Shown piece after piece: positions 39,358 through 49,158 of a stretch of DNA of 64,000 nucleotides. The DNA lies in the IMG/VR virus record IMGVR_UViG_2634166314_000001, positions 3,311 to 67,310 of that record. One strand, 5' to 3'. Both the position numbers and the translations under genes were made by a program. The notes beneath the pieces are model-generated. The model saw only the letters and a list, made by a program, of their open reading frames with translations. It was not told the DNA's origin and did no database searches. Source of the stretch: a virus. Taxonomy: Duplodnaviria > Caudoviricetes. Numbering within the stretch: the stretch's first letter is position 1; the number at the start of each line of letters is the position of its first letter.

Positions 39358-39972
39358 TTAGTTACCCCACTGCTCTGCCATCGCGTTCGCGATACCCTGA
39401 TAGGTTTTCGCCCTTAATTCGGCCGCCTTACCCCCCAGTTTGTTGTTTCCTGATGGGGATTGGTTTTGCCATCTTTCGCCCGGCTTCAATCTTAAAACTT
39501 CTGTATGGCGCAACAGGGGCAAGCCTTTAAGCCATAGGCAGGTAGCTTTACTTTCCGGATGTCCAAACTGAAACGGTTGTATAATCTGTGTTTGTTCAAC
39601 TCCGATTATCCGCTTTGCATAGCAGTGCATTATCGGGTTTTCAATTGCTATTCTTTCGCAATGATGATTAAGGAACAGCTTAAAAAAGTTTGCTGCCTCA
39701 ATCATTTCTAAGATTTTATCAGGATTTAGGCCAAATTCTTTCTTAGAGTTATGATACAGCCTCAGTACGCTAGAGTTGCAGAGCCTTGTACAGACAGGGT
39801 GTGCGATAATCAAATCCCAGCTATTGCAATATAGAATATCCCTGACATCGCCTTTGTAGTGCTTTCCAAGAATGTCGCTATTTTGCAGGTCGCAGCTCCA
39901 GGCATCATGTCCGTGCTTTTCGAACGCTTGCCGAATTATGCCGGACTTTTCACATGCAACCAGCACTCTCAT
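39358..39972 (-). CDS. short phage DNA cytosine methyltransferase-like protein
   Basis: MRVLVACEKSG, WSCDL, AHPVCT, IENP, QPFQFGH..SKATCLWL. Confidence 0.75.
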   Translation of the reverse strand: MRVLVACEKSGIIRQAFEKHGHDAWSCDLQNSDILGKHYKGDVRDILYCNSWDLIIAHPVCTRLCNSSVLRLYHNSKKEFGLNPDKILEMIEAANFFKLFLNHHCERIAIENPIMHCYAKRIIGVEQTQIIQPFQFGHPESKATCLWLKGLPLLRHTEVLRLKPGERWQNQSPSGNNKLGGKAAELRAKTYQGIANAMAEQWGN

Positions 39973-40394
39973 TGCTCCCATACTCTCGACCTTAAGTAAG
40001 TTTCTGCGTATTTCTGCGAAATCCCCGGCTGTTTAATAAGCCTTTGCCTGTAGCGCGGTATGTCTTCCATTACCTGTACCTTTTCTTTTAAAGTTAGCTT
40101 CTCGAATACCTTTTCACTTAGCTTTTTGTTGCTATTTGCTTTGTTTCCGTATGCTTCCCAAAAGTCTAAAAATTGAACTTCTGCGGGGAAGTGCTTTGCT
40201 GTAATGTTCTTAGCGTCTTTAATAAACTTGTTTGCAGCAGTTACATTAACAGGGAAGTTCGCAGCTAAAAAAGTAAGTTGGGAGGCATTTAGCTCAGCTT
40301 CGTTAGAGAATCGCACCAAAGTTCCATCTAAGCGAAATTCAAGTATCAATTCTCCCTCGAACAAAGCAGAGCTAAGGATGAATTTTTCGGTCAT
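39969..40394 (-). CDS. hypothetical protein with replication-initiator-like C-terminal helical domain
   Basis: FLDFWEAYG.K...KYAETYL. Confidence 0.6.
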   Translation of the reverse strand: MTEKFILSSALFEGELILEFRLDGTLVRFSNEAELNASQLTFLAANFPVNVTAANKFIKDAKNITAKHFPAEVQFLDFWEAYGNKANSNKKLSEKVFEKLTLKEKVQVMEDIPRYRQRLIKQPGISQKYAETYLRSRVWEQ

Positions 40395-40696
40395 AAGTAA
40401 TTAAGTTTAACTTCTATAATTACGAATTTTTCGTTAACCCCCGGGTATTCTCGTTTCTTAATTCTATAAGTCTTGATCTTTCTGCTAGTAACAAATAACT
40501 CACCCTTGTCAAGAGCTGACACCAAAGGGATACCATCCAGTTCTTTAGAAATTTTACGCTCCATTTGCTCAACTTCGTCTTTCGCTTCATTCCATCTTTT
40601 TCTTAATACTTCTACCTGCTCGGCCTTTTTCCTCATCTCCTCATACTTATCAAGTGTATTGCCGAGCATCACTTTGTGTTCATTTATTAGCTCCAT
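40391..40696 (-). CDS. hypothetical coiled-coil protein
   Basis: Early operon ORF. Confidence 0.6.
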   Translation of the reverse strand: MELINEHKVMLGNTLDKYEEMRKKAEQVEVLRKRWNEAKDEVEQMERKISKELDGIPLVSALDKGELFVTSRKIKTYRIKKREYPGVNEKFVIIEVKLNYL

Positions 40697-40737
40697 TTCT
40701 TTATTTGTTTAGTAATTTTTGTAAATAATTAGCCATT

Positions 40738-40890
40738 TGCGCACCTGGAAGGGTTACTGTCAAACCCTTTTCGTCACCCCCCCCCCGTGCTTCCGCGTTT
40801 AAGCCTGTAACGCCCCGCTTTTGAGGCTGTCACCTCGTAATTGGGAGGGTTGCCAGCTAGCATCTCTAAGAGATTTAAGCGGGCTACTTT
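40738..40890 (-). ncRNA. candidate structured RNA in early operon
   Basis: GC-rich non-coding gap with several stems and repeated UGACAG loops. Confidence 0.35.
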
Positions 40891-40906
40891 GTTTTCGATC
40901 GCTGTT

Positions 40907-41179
40907 TTAATATTCATCTGTCTCTACCTCACACGACAGATTTTTAATTAAAAGCACAGCGCCAGGAACAGGAATTGGGGCGACGGCTTCATCGTCAAGA
41001 GCGTCAAAAGTTTCTAGTACGGCTTTCGCTACTTTCTCCGCAATACATCTTAATGTGCTTTCTTCTTCAAAATCGTTTTCCAGTGCACACATTAGCGTTC
41101 GTTCAGCATCCCAATAATTCCCATCAAACTCTGCTTCGAGTTCAATTTCTTTTACAATCTTCACTTTGTATTTTTTCAT
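40907..41179 (-). CDS. hypothetical protein
   Basis: Early operon ORF; start at MKKYKV inferred. Confidence 0.55.
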   Translation of the reverse strand: MKKYKVKIVKEIELEAEFDGNYWDAERTLMCALENDFEEESTLRCIAEKVAKAVLETFDALDDEAVAPIPVPGAVLLIKNLSCEVETDEY

Positions 41180-41453
41180 CGTTATCCTTGTTGTTTTTGT
41201 TGAAACCGTAGTCAATGGAGTATGGAAACTCCTTTTCTTCACTTTTATGCCAAAGCCGCTCGTTATTAACTTTCCGAACCGAATGATAGACTATCAAGCA
41301 TGTCATTTCACAATACTCGAATTGCTCCCACGCTGAAAGCCTATGAAACCAAGTACACCTACTCATCATTGTTTCTCTAACCCTGTTTAAATTGTAGAGA
41401 ACCTTTATGTTTTTAGCATATCTATCTTGCGTTATCTCTTCGAATGTTTTCAT
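41142..41453 (-). CDS. hypothetical protein
   Basis: Early operon ORF. Confidence 0.55.
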   Translation of the reverse strand: MKTFEEITQDRYAKNIKVLYNLNRVRETMMSRCTWFHRLSAWEQFEYCEMTCLIVYHSVRKVNNERLWHKSEEKEFPYSIDYGFNKNNKDNDEKIQSEDCKRN

Positions 41454-41473
41454 TTTGCTATACTTTGAAATGA

Positions 41474-41983
41474 TTATTTAGCTAATCGCTCAGGGGCGTT
41501 TTTGTACAGATTTCCGCCGGGATTTTTGTACGCCCGTCTTTGTATTGCCTCATTGTAGCTTTTCTCGCCATACAAACAGATATGTGACGATTTTAGAGCT
41601 TTTTCACAATGTTTCTTTTCTTGCTCAGACATGAGATTATAAAACACCTTCTTTGCTCCCGTGAGCATACAGCGTTTAATACATGCCTTGCTTTGCAAAT
41701 AATGCCTGTACTGTCTGTGAAATCCCATAAGCCTCAATATCAGCTCTGATTTGTTATCAAATCGCTCATCTACTGAGGGAAATCGGATAAAAAAGGGCAG
41801 TAAGTCTTTTACAAATAGATAGTCGCTTGCCTTTATGTAGCTCGGGTCAAACTTCTTTAACACTAAAGCAAAAACCGCCCTGCCCTCGGCTGTACGAATG
41901 CCTGTAATTAGGCTCAGTTCGAGATAATTAACCCTTAATTTCTCTAACTCGTTTTCAGTGTATTGCTTAAATACTTCCATCAC
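41474..41983 (-). CDS. hypothetical protein
   Basis: Early operon ORF. Confidence 0.6.
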   Translation of the reverse strand: MMEVFKQYTENELEKLRVNYLELSLITGIRTAEGRAVFALVLKKFDPSYIKASDYLFVKDLLPFFIRFPSVDERFDNKSELILRLMGFHRQYRHYLQSKACIKRCMLTGAKKVFYNLMSEQEKKHCEKALKSSHICLYGEKSYNEAIQRRAYKNPGGNLYKNAPERLAK

Positions 41984-42088
41984 GGAATTTTATATAAAAC
42001 CATTACCAGATGAATGTAAAAGAGCAACGATGCGATAACTAAAACGGAGTAAAAAACTGCTTCTGAGGCTAACCATGAGCCGAACTTT

Positions 42089-42430
42089 TTAAAATTTTCT
42101 CGCATGACTTTTGGGGATTGTGTAAATCTTAGGATTACTATCGTTTGTGTATTTCGACTTCGGTAGGGATTCGGAACTAATGTTACTTTCCCCTTTAGTA
42201 AGATGCGACCGGAAAATTTTGTAGTCTGCCCAGCCCGGACGGCGGGGCTTCCATTTCACATACCTGTTTTCTAAAAGCTTATAAAAACAGGAAATGTTTT
42301 CGGCTGACAAGTCTTTAAATTCCAGCACTGGAACTCCGTCCATGACCTCGCACACTACGCCGAAAGTGTACAAGCTTTCCGTACGTGTATCGCTTAGATA
42401 CACCTTTATTTTTTGTCCTATCTTATACAT
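42089..42430 (-). CDS. hypothetical protein
   Basis: Early operon ORF. Confidence 0.6.
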   Translation of the reverse strand: MYKIGQKIKVYLSDTRTESLYTFGVVCEVMDGVPVLEFKDLSAENISCFYKLLENRYVKWKPRRPGWADYKIFRSHLTKGESNISSESLPKSKYTNDSNPKIYTIPKSHARKF

Positions 42431-42434
42431 TTTG

Positions 42435-42608
42435 TTATTTTACCCCTTTTAAGATGTTTTCAATTGTAGCGTTTTCTTTGTAAAATTTTCTGGCAAGAAT
42501 AGGAACAATAACATCTACACGAAGCCCCTTTTTGTAATAGTCTTCGAAGTCCTTACGAATTGCTTCGTACATCATTTTTGTAGTATGCCTTTTTGCGCCT
42601 TTCGCCAT
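42435..42608 (-). CDS. small HTH protein, Mor/C-like activator candidate
   Basis: YEAIRKDF...LARKFYKENATIENIL. Confidence 0.55.
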   Translation of the reverse strand: MAKGAKRHTTKMMYEAIRKDFEDYYKKGLRVDVIVPILARKFYKENATIENILKGVK

Positions 42609-42615
42609 CTTTTTT

Positions 42616-42954
42616 TTAAATGTATTTTTTAATAATTGTGTCCCTGAGTTGCTGCAAAAAGTTTTCCTCGTAGGTATCCTTTCCAACAAAATCAAAACAA
42701 CCGTCTTGTAGACAGCAAATGAAAATAAGCGCTTGGCTTATCGTAAGCGTAAACACTGTTTCAGCCCCTATATTTTTCGCTCTACTCGCCTTCTTTGCCG
42801 CTTGCTCATAGATTTCTTGTAAGATTGCTGCACAGCCGTAAAGCAAGATATTTTCCTTTAAAACAGGCAGTGGGTTTTGTTGAAAAAACACAACAAGTAT
42901 TTTTCCGAGGGCTTCCAGTTCGCTGTGATTAAACTTTAGCTTTAGTTCCTGCAT
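42616..42954 (-). CDS. hypothetical protein
   Basis: Early operon ORF. Confidence 0.6.
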   Translation of the reverse strand: MQELKLKFNHSELEALGKILVVFFQQNPLPVLKENILLYGCAAILQEIYEQAAKKASRAKNIGAETVFTLTISQALIFICCLQDGCFDFVGKDTYEENFLQQLRDTIIKKYI

Positions 42955-43127
42955 CGCATTTCTAAGATTTTGATACATAACCAATTAGGAAAATAGTTAA
43001 GTCGCCAGCGTGGGTAAAAAGCTCTGTTTAGTGCTAAACTTGCTTTCGGGTTTCTAGTTGAAAGCACATTAAAGAGGCTTTCCGGGAAGAAAAACCAATC
43101 TTCCAAATACACTAATATTTTATTCAT
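42942..43127 (-). CDS. hypothetical protein
   Basis: Short ORF with overlapping start/stop. Confidence 0.4.
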   Translation of the reverse strand: MNKILVYLEDWFFFPESLFNVLSTRNPKASLALNRAFYPRWRLNYFPNWLCIKILEMRCRN

Positions 43128-43585
43128 CTTTTTGCTGCTTGTTGCTTCCATCTTTCTAGTGCAGTAATGCAATTTCTCAGATCGTCAGCAGGTAATTTAA
43201 AAATCGTTTCAACCTTAAATGTTTTCTGTACAAACTTATTAAGACGCGAGAAATCATTTCCCTGAATAAGCCCCATTCCGCGGGCAATCTGGTTGATTTT
43301 TGTTCGCATGCGGTTAAGAGATTTTTGTATTCCGTCTTGCAATTCGGCTATTAATGCAGCCATCTGCGATTCCGTTAATTCGCTTGAATGTTCTGTTACG
43401 CCACCTGAGTAGTGTAGTACCATTTTTTCGACCTTTGATTTGTCAAATTTCCGCTCTTTCACAAGTAAATGAAAAGCTTTATTTTGTTCTGATGTTCTTT
43501 TGTTATTTTCCATGCTTATCGTTATGTATTGTGGGAAATAGTACTCGTAAAACTGCTTAAATCCTTTCTCGCTATACTTCATCAC
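43124..43585 (-). CDS. GemA/gp16-like protein
   Basis: SSELTESQMAALIAEL...RTKI...RLNKFV...L...ITALE pattern. Confidence 0.55.
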   Translation of the reverse strand: MMKYSEKGFKQFYEYYFPQYITISMENNKRTSEQNKAFHLLVKERKFDKSKVEKMVLHYSGGVTEHSSELTESQMAALIAELQDGIQKSLNRMRTKINQIARGMGLIQGNDFSRLNKFVQKTFKVETIFKLPADDLRNCITALERWKQQAAKR

Positions 43586-43593
43586 CTTTTCGT

Positions 43594-43824
43594 TTATACG
43601 TTGAATAAATCTTGCTGGTTATCTGGTCTCTTGTTTTGATTAGGTGCGTACTTTTTAACCTTTTCAGCCCACTTTAGATACTCCTTTTCGAGTTCCTCTC
43701 GCAGCTTCAAAAACTCTTTTGGCTTGTTGGCTTTTAAGTACGTTTTTGAGTCGTGAGACCTTAGTTTAGCCTCAGCAGACTTTAAGTGTACTTTGGCTTG
43801 TTGGTAGCTGCTAAGCGGCTTCAT
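43594..43824 (-). CDS. hypothetical protein
   Basis: Basic ORF ending QQDLF. Confidence 0.5.
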   Translation of the reverse strand: MKPLSSYQQAKVHLKSAEAKLRSHDSKTYLKANKPKEFLKLREELEKEYLKWAEKVKKYAPNQNKRPDNQQDLFNV

Positions 43825-44468
43825 ACACGCGTTAGAGAAAGAGGGATTTCGTCCCATTCGCCAAGTTCATTTTTTTCTTGAAATGTCATAGTATAGCGCG
43901 TGTCTATTTGTCTATAACTTTCCTTCAACAACTCAATTCCTTTTTTCCAGTTTGGGTCTTCGTAATCATTTTCCATCTTATATAAGAGTTGCGCCCTTGA
44001 AAGCTCTAACTTACCGTTTGCATTTTTCTCTAAAAGAGTTCTAATCCATTTGTACGCATCTTCGTCTTTGGCTTTAAAATGACTTTGAATAAACAGGGAT
44101 AGATGTTCTTCTGCCATTTGTGCACGCTCGTCAAAATCACTCACCGTCCGGTATGCGTACACACACCTTCTTGCGCCATCCTTACTAGTTACTGAAAAGC
44201 CTCCCTTTGAGTGCGCTGGAATGTCTCCATATTCTTGCATAATTTTATAGAGTGCCTCCAATTCGTCAAATGCCTTTTTCTTGAACTCGTAGAGCGCAAT
44301 TGACAGCCCATTCGCCCCAGACATTAAGCTTTGTAAGACATCCTCTCTTGTGTCTTCATATGCTTGTCTTTTAGACCTTTTTAGTTCGTTTTCTTCTCTG
44401 CGTTTTTTCGAAAGTAACGCCTCCAATTGCTCTACTGTAAGTTCAGTTGCTACTGCTGTGTTTTCCAT
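43821..44468 (-). CDS. DUF3164-family Mu-like early protein
   Basis: FDERA..AE, W.KGIELLKESY, W..IPLSL; follows ATPase B. Confidence 0.75.
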   Translation of the reverse strand: MENTAVATELTVEQLEALLSKKRREENELKRSKRQAYEDTREDVLQSLMSGANGLSIALYEFKKKAFDELEALYKIMQEYGDIPAHSKGGFSVTSKDGARRCVYAYRTVSDFDERAQMAEEHLSLFIQSHFKAKDEDAYKWIRTLLEKNANGKLELSRAQLLYKMENDYEDPNWKKGIELLKESYRQIDTRYTMTFQEKNELGEWDEIPLSLTRV

Positions 44469-44532
44469 GTTATTTATTGTTTTATTGTTTGAATTTGTAA
44501 GCCTTCTAAGTGTTAAATATCCCTTAAACATA

Positions 44533-45459
44533 TTATTGTTTGTTTTGCCGTTTTATCGCGACTACAATACTTCTTTCGACTCTTCTAAGGTCTGTTACAA
44601 CCTCTGTAATCTTGCCTCGTCCGTTTGTTCTCGTCTCTCTGTCACATCCTGCCCAGATAGCCGAAATTGTTTCCGTGTCGCTTACACCGTTGGCCTGGCA
44701 TATCTTTGCAACGTCTTCGTACTGGCTTCCGGGAAGTTCAAGAAACCTGCTGCCAATACGTGAAAGAATTTCATCAAAGCCAACTTGATTCTTTGCAGCT
44801 CCGTTTAAAATCTTCTTTTTAAGATGCTGAGTTCCGCAGATAACCAAGCCACATTCGCGCTCTAAGGCATTGTAAAAGCTTATAATAAACTGCAAGCTTG
44901 CGGGCTTTAACTTGTCAGTTTCATCAAGCATCAGGATAGGTTTTGTTGTCGCAGAACGCTGGCGAAAAAAGGCTATAATCTGTTCTAACATATCCTCGCA
45001 TGTATGTCGTTTTTCAGACAATTTTATACCCACCTCTCTGCAAACTTTCTCTAAAAACACCCGGTATCCCCACGCCTCGCAACGGATTAGAAATACGCCG
45101 CTTGTAGTATCGTTTTTTAGGAAGGATTCTAGGCTTTTAGTCTTTCCTGAACCCGCCTTTTCCGATATGCCAATACACATAGAATCCTGTTTAGCGTTTT
45201 CTAAAGCGGCAGTGAGCCATTGGAAATTTGTAATGTCCGCAATCTGCCATTTTTCGGAATCCACTCGGTAGTTAAGCATTCCCGCAATGTCACTCCAAGC
45301 CTTGTCAGGGAACTTGAACCATCGCTCAGGCTTGCGAATCTCCGTAATGTAAGCGTTCGAAACCCCTAGCTTTGCCGCAACCTTAGTGTAGCTGCCCAGG
45401 TTTGAACTTTCCCGCTCAATCAGCGAGACAATATCGTGTTTGTGCTTTGTTGTTATCAT
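44533..45459 (-). CDS. MuB-like AAA+ transposition ATPase
   Basis: N-terminal HTH, Walker A AGSGKT, Walker B LMLDETDKL. Confidence 0.9.
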   Translation of the reverse strand: MITTKHKHDIVSLIERESSNLGSYTKVAAKLGVSNAYITEIRKPERWFKFPDKAWSDIAGMLNYRVDSEKWQIADITNFQWLTAALENAKQDSMCIGISEKAGSGKTKSLESFLKNDTTSGVFLIRCEAWGYRVFLEKVCREVGIKLSEKRHTCEDMLEQIIAFFRQRSATTKPILMLDETDKLKPASLQFIISFYNALERECGLVICGTQHLKKKILNGAAKNQVGFDEILSRIGSRFLELPGSQYEDVAKICQANGVSDTETISAIWAGCDRETRTNGRGKITEVVTDLRRVERSIVVAIKRQNKQ

Positions 45460-45494
45460 ATTTATAAACGGGTTTTAAATTCCTTTTAAAAACT

Positions 45495-47621
45495 CTACCA
45501 TTGCCCCCAAAAGTCGTCCATTACCTTTACGGGTTCAGCAGCTTTTCCCTTCTTAGTTCCCCTGCGTTTAATGTTCTCTTTCATTTCTGCTATATTTGGA
45601 AGGAATGCGGCTGTTTCTGCTTCTACGGCAGCAGCTTTACTAACTTTGTGGCTGGCAAGAATCGCCATTGGGTCGTATTGTCCTGCCTCCATTAGTATTT
45701 TGGCCTTTTTCTTAATTGCCTCACTCGTTTGCTTTTGCTTTGCCTGAAACTCTGCGATTTTACCCCATTCTGCATCCTTTCCGTAACCGTCAAACCCGTC
45801 ATTTCTTGCCAAACTTCCCAGAAAATCGCCTGTGTCCGGGGTAAATATCATCACTTCGCTCAGGTCTCTTTCGTCGTATTTTACTACGATTTCGGCGTGT
45901 TTCATTAAAATATCGGCCGCATTTATCGCGTATTTAGCTGCTTTCGACTCAATAAGAGGGAATAAACACACCTCGTTATGTACCTGCAATCTGACTGTAC
46001 GCCTTGTGATTTTCAGTTTAGTTGTTTTCCACAGCAAATCGGCAATTTCCCAGCGTTCTATGTTTACGCTTCCCTCATAATCATCGAATAGATTGTATAG
46101 CTCTGATGGGCTATAGTCAACATTCTTGTATTTTTTAGAATATTTACTCAGCTTAGTTTTTCTATACTCGTTTATATACCCTGCAATCTCTTTAACAGCA
46201 TCCTCAAATTTCCAGTTTTCTCTTTTTGCTTGCTGGAATTGCTTAGTAAGCTGGTCGGCAGATCGGTGAGCATTTTCACGCCGTGACTTAACGCCCTCCC
46301 CGATATAATAGTCTGAATCTATCAAGAATACAGACTGAAATGTTTCAAACCAGCGTTCAACGCCCGGCTTCCCGGTTGGGCTAGTGGTTTCGGTAGTTTT
46401 AACACCAAACCCCTGAAACTTCTTAATAATCGTTTCGACTTCGTCAGTTCCATACCAGCTACCACGGTCATATCTTAGCTCGTATGGTAGTTTTCCGGTG
46501 CGCTCAATGGCCATTCGCAAGGCATTTATTACCATATGTCTATTTTCAGACATATCAAGGCTGTATCCGAGAATATCTTGCGTAGCGTGGTCGCGTACAA
46601 CGCTTAGTACCGCCCGTCCCATCGCTAAATCTTTTTTCTTTGTTGTAACTTCGTTGGGATCTTCCCAATAGTGCGGAGTTATGTTAATTGGAGTTGCATC
46701 TATTTCCCAGAGAATATTCTTTTCTGTGGGCATCCGGAGAGGCACAAAACCAGAGAACTTTGCCGCCCGCCCTGTTCCGCCAAAACGCTTAGCCTGCGTT
46801 ATCACTTTTGTTTCTTGTTTAGCTAAAGCCTTGTAGAACCATTGTTCAGATACAAATTCGCCGTCTTCCCATCCTAATAGGCTGGCAGCCAACTTACATT
46901 GTCTATAAATGTGCGCGGCAGAAAAGTTCCGGCCATCGTTTCGCATAGCCAGCGCCCACGCATAAAGTTCGTCGTGTCGTTTTGCCTTGCGGTTTTTGTT
47001 TCCTACGTTTTTAATCGTAATAGCCTCCCAGATTTCGCATTCTTTGCGGAGGTAAACACGCTCCAATAACCTTTTTAGGTTTATTTCATGCACTGGAAGA
47101 AGCTTGGGTACACCCTTGCCCTGCTGATACGTTCCAATCCAAGCGGCAGCCTGCTTAAACGTATCATATCGCTTCCAGTTGTCAACATGACTAGCAACTA
47201 TCTCACATATTGCGCAAGCTTTAGCAAGTGCTAATTGTTTTTTTTCATCTCTATCATTCCACGCCTTGTAATGCCGCATATACACCATTACTCTAACATC
47301 AATCTCTGAAACTATCTTATCAAGATTAATTTCTATTACGCTTTTCTGTACAATATGCCCTCTATTTTTCTGTTCATTTATGTACTCTTGCGGTTGAACA
47401 CCTTTAAGTACATTCTTAAGCATTAGGTCTTTATACCGTAATGCCATCGCTTCCCATTGCACAAGGCTTTTTCGACGATCAGAAGGGTCTTTTTTTATTA
47501 CCCAGCCATCCCGCCCACGATACGCCCCAACCACAATTGTATTTTTCTGAATACCTGCGGCCGTGAGAGACTCGATAGTAACGTATAAGCGTCCGTCTAT
47601 TTCCTTTACAATATCCTGCAT
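45495..47621 (-). CDS. MuA-like DDE transposase
   Basis: WEIDAT, RYDRGS, KPGVERWF catalytic triad; C-terminal VKYD..DLS. Confidence 0.92.
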   Translation of the reverse strand: MQDIVKEIDGRLYVTIESLTAAGIQKNTIVVGAYRGRDGWVIKKDPSDRRKSLVQWEAMALRYKDLMLKNVLKGVQPQEYINEQKNRGHIVQKSVIEINLDKIVSEIDVRVMVYMRHYKAWNDRDEKKQLALAKACAICEIVASHVDNWKRYDTFKQAAAWIGTYQQGKGVPKLLPVHEINLKRLLERVYLRKECEIWEAITIKNVGNKNRKAKRHDELYAWALAMRNDGRNFSAAHIYRQCKLAASLLGWEDGEFVSEQWFYKALAKQETKVITQAKRFGGTGRAAKFSGFVPLRMPTEKNILWEIDATPINITPHYWEDPNEVTTKKKDLAMGRAVLSVVRDHATQDILGYSLDMSENRHMVINALRMAIERTGKLPYELRYDRGSWYGTDEVETIIKKFQGFGVKTTETTSPTGKPGVERWFETFQSVFLIDSDYYIGEGVKSRRENAHRSADQLTKQFQQAKRENWKFEDAVKEIAGYINEYRKTKLSKYSKKYKNVDYSPSELYNLFDDYEGSVNIERWEIADLLWKTTKLKITRRTVRLQVHNEVCLFPLIESKAAKYAINAADILMKHAEIVVKYDERDLSEVMIFTPDTGDFLGSLARNDGFDGYGKDAEWGKIAEFQAKQKQTSEAIKKKAKILMEAGQYDPMAILASHKVSKAAAVEAETAAFLPNIAEMKENIKRRGTKKGKAAEPVKVMDDFWGQW

Positions 47622-47622
47622 A

Positions 47623-47814
47623 CTATATATCCCTTAACTCTGCTATTATTTTTTTAGTCAAACCTGCCTTAGAGTCCAAATACACATCTATTGCCACTCT
47701 CGCACGCATGTTATTTCTTACTCCGTTATTGGTTGCTCTTAAAGTATCATAAGGCACTCCCGACATATCGGAGATTAATTTCAATTCACCGAAACTCAAT
47801 CTTTTGTTCTGCAT
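47623..47814 (-). CDS. Ner/Cro-like HTH regulator
   Basis: 63 aa, ELKLISDMSGVPYDTLR; directly upstream of transposase. Confidence 0.6.
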   Translation of the reverse strand: MQNKRLSFGELKLISDMSGVPYDTLRATNNGVRNNMRARVAIDVYLDSKAGLTKKIIAELRDI

Positions 47815-47825
47815 TTTTAATTAAA

Positions 47826-48200
47826 TTAAGAGACCATCTTTAACCATGCTGAATAGGTATTAATCCTTCTGTTTGTTGTCCCAATTTTTTGAATTGTGAC
47901 AACCCACCCTCTATCTGCATTCATACTCTTATTGCCAATTTCGACAACTTCCCAATTTCCAAAACGTTCAGACACATCACCCGGCAAACTTGATGTAACA
48001 ATACTGCCAATTGTCGGCAATCGTAAGCTGTCGATTTCGATTTTTTGAAATATGTCGGCTTTTTTAAAAGCGTCATGACTTCCATGATACTTATGTGGAC
48101 AAAGCGGGCAGGTCTCAATTATTAATTCTGCCCTTACAAGAGCCTCCATAATAGGCTCTTGCCGACATACATTACATGTTATTGTTACATTTTTAGACAT
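47826..48200 (-). CDS. hypothetical protein with CxxC/CxxCxH motifs
   Basis: First gene of early operon. Confidence 0.6.
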   Translation of the reverse strand: MSKNVTITCNVCRQEPIMEALVRAELIIETCPLCPHKYHGSHDAFKKADIFQKIEIDSLRLPTIGSIVTSSLPGDVSERFGNWEVVEIGNKSMNADRGWVVTIQKIGTTNRRINTYSAWLKMVS

Positions 48201-48354
48201 TTTTCAAAATTTAGTACCGTTCCCTCAAATTTGTATTGCTTTTCAAGTATAATCTACTTAGTTTGTATCTAAGACTGAGTACAATATTACCGACAATTTT
48301 CATAAATACAAAATTATTGTCGGCTTTTTTTGTAATAATTATAACAATAGTCAA
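48201..48354. promoter_or_regulatory. immunity control region with inverted CCGACAAT sites
   Basis: ccgacaat 48290-48297 and attgtcgg 48316-48323 between divergent repressor and early operon. Confidence 0.55.
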
Positions 48355-49059
48355 ATGACAAAGATAATTGATCGGGTTTTTGAATACCTTCGGTATAAAA
48401 ATATACCCCATACAAAGTTTGAGAAGCAAATTAATTTAAGTAAAGGGTATCTGACAATAATCAAAAATAGAGATTCAGACATCAGTGGGTCAACAATAAT
48501 TAAAATTGTCGACTTTATGCCGACAATTAACACCGAATGGCTATTAACAGGGCGTGGAGACATGGAAAAACAGGGCGAAATGTCGGACTTAAAGGTAAAT
48601 CAATTTCAGGGGAAGGCTATTGAAAAAAAATATAGTTCACAGAGTATCCCTCTCTATAATTTAGATGCTACAGCGGGATTAATCCCCTTGTTTAATAATT
48701 CAGCAGCACAAACACCAGTTGACTACCTTTCAATACCAAATCTGTCGAAGTGCGACGGTGCGGTATATGTTACTGGCGACAGCATGTACCCTCTACTTAA
48801 GTCCGGGGATATTGTACTTTATAAGCAACTAGCAAGTATAGAAAGTGTTTTTTGGGGCGAGATGTATTTACTTAGTCTTGTAGACGAATATGAGCAGGAG
48901 GAGTATATCACTGTAAAATTTGTACAGCAATCAACACGGGAAAATTACATTAGACTTGTAAGTCAAAATCCACATCACCAACCAAAAGACGTACAGGTCG
49001 GTGCTGTTAAAGCAATCGCATTCGTAAAAGCCTCTGTGAGAATTAACTCGATGGGGTAA
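48355..49059 (+). CDS. CI-like repressor (HTH plus S24 peptidase)
   Basis: INTEWLLTGRGDM, ATAG cleavage site, VTGDSMYP, TVK. Confidence 0.92.
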   Translation: MTKIIDRVFEYLRYKNIPHTKFEKQINLSKGYLTIIKNRDSDISGSTIIKIVDFMPTINTEWLLTGRGDMEKQGEMSDLKVNQFQGKAIEKKYSSQSIPLYNLDATAGLIPLFNNSAAQTPVDYLSIPNLSKCDGAVYVTGDSMYPLLKSGDIVLYKQLASIESVFWGEMYLLSLVDEYEQEEYITVKFVQQSTRENYIRLVSQNPHHQPKDVQVGAVKAIAFVKASVRINSMG

Positions 49060-49158
49060 TTGTACAACAATACATAAATTTTTACATGTATTTAAATACA
49101 TCTTTATTGTATTTAAAAATACATATATATCAATCTATAAACTTTTACATGTATTAAA

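Noticed and set aside
40738-40890. tRNA gene
   Set aside because: No TTCGA T-loop or cloverleaf; kept only as a generic structured RNA candidate.
13401-48563. Many short antisense or nested ORFs in the six-frame track (e.g. 23327-23710, 25133-25486, 27384-27716, 44912-45271)
   Set aside because: They are shadows of longer genes with recognisable motifs on the opposite strand or frame.
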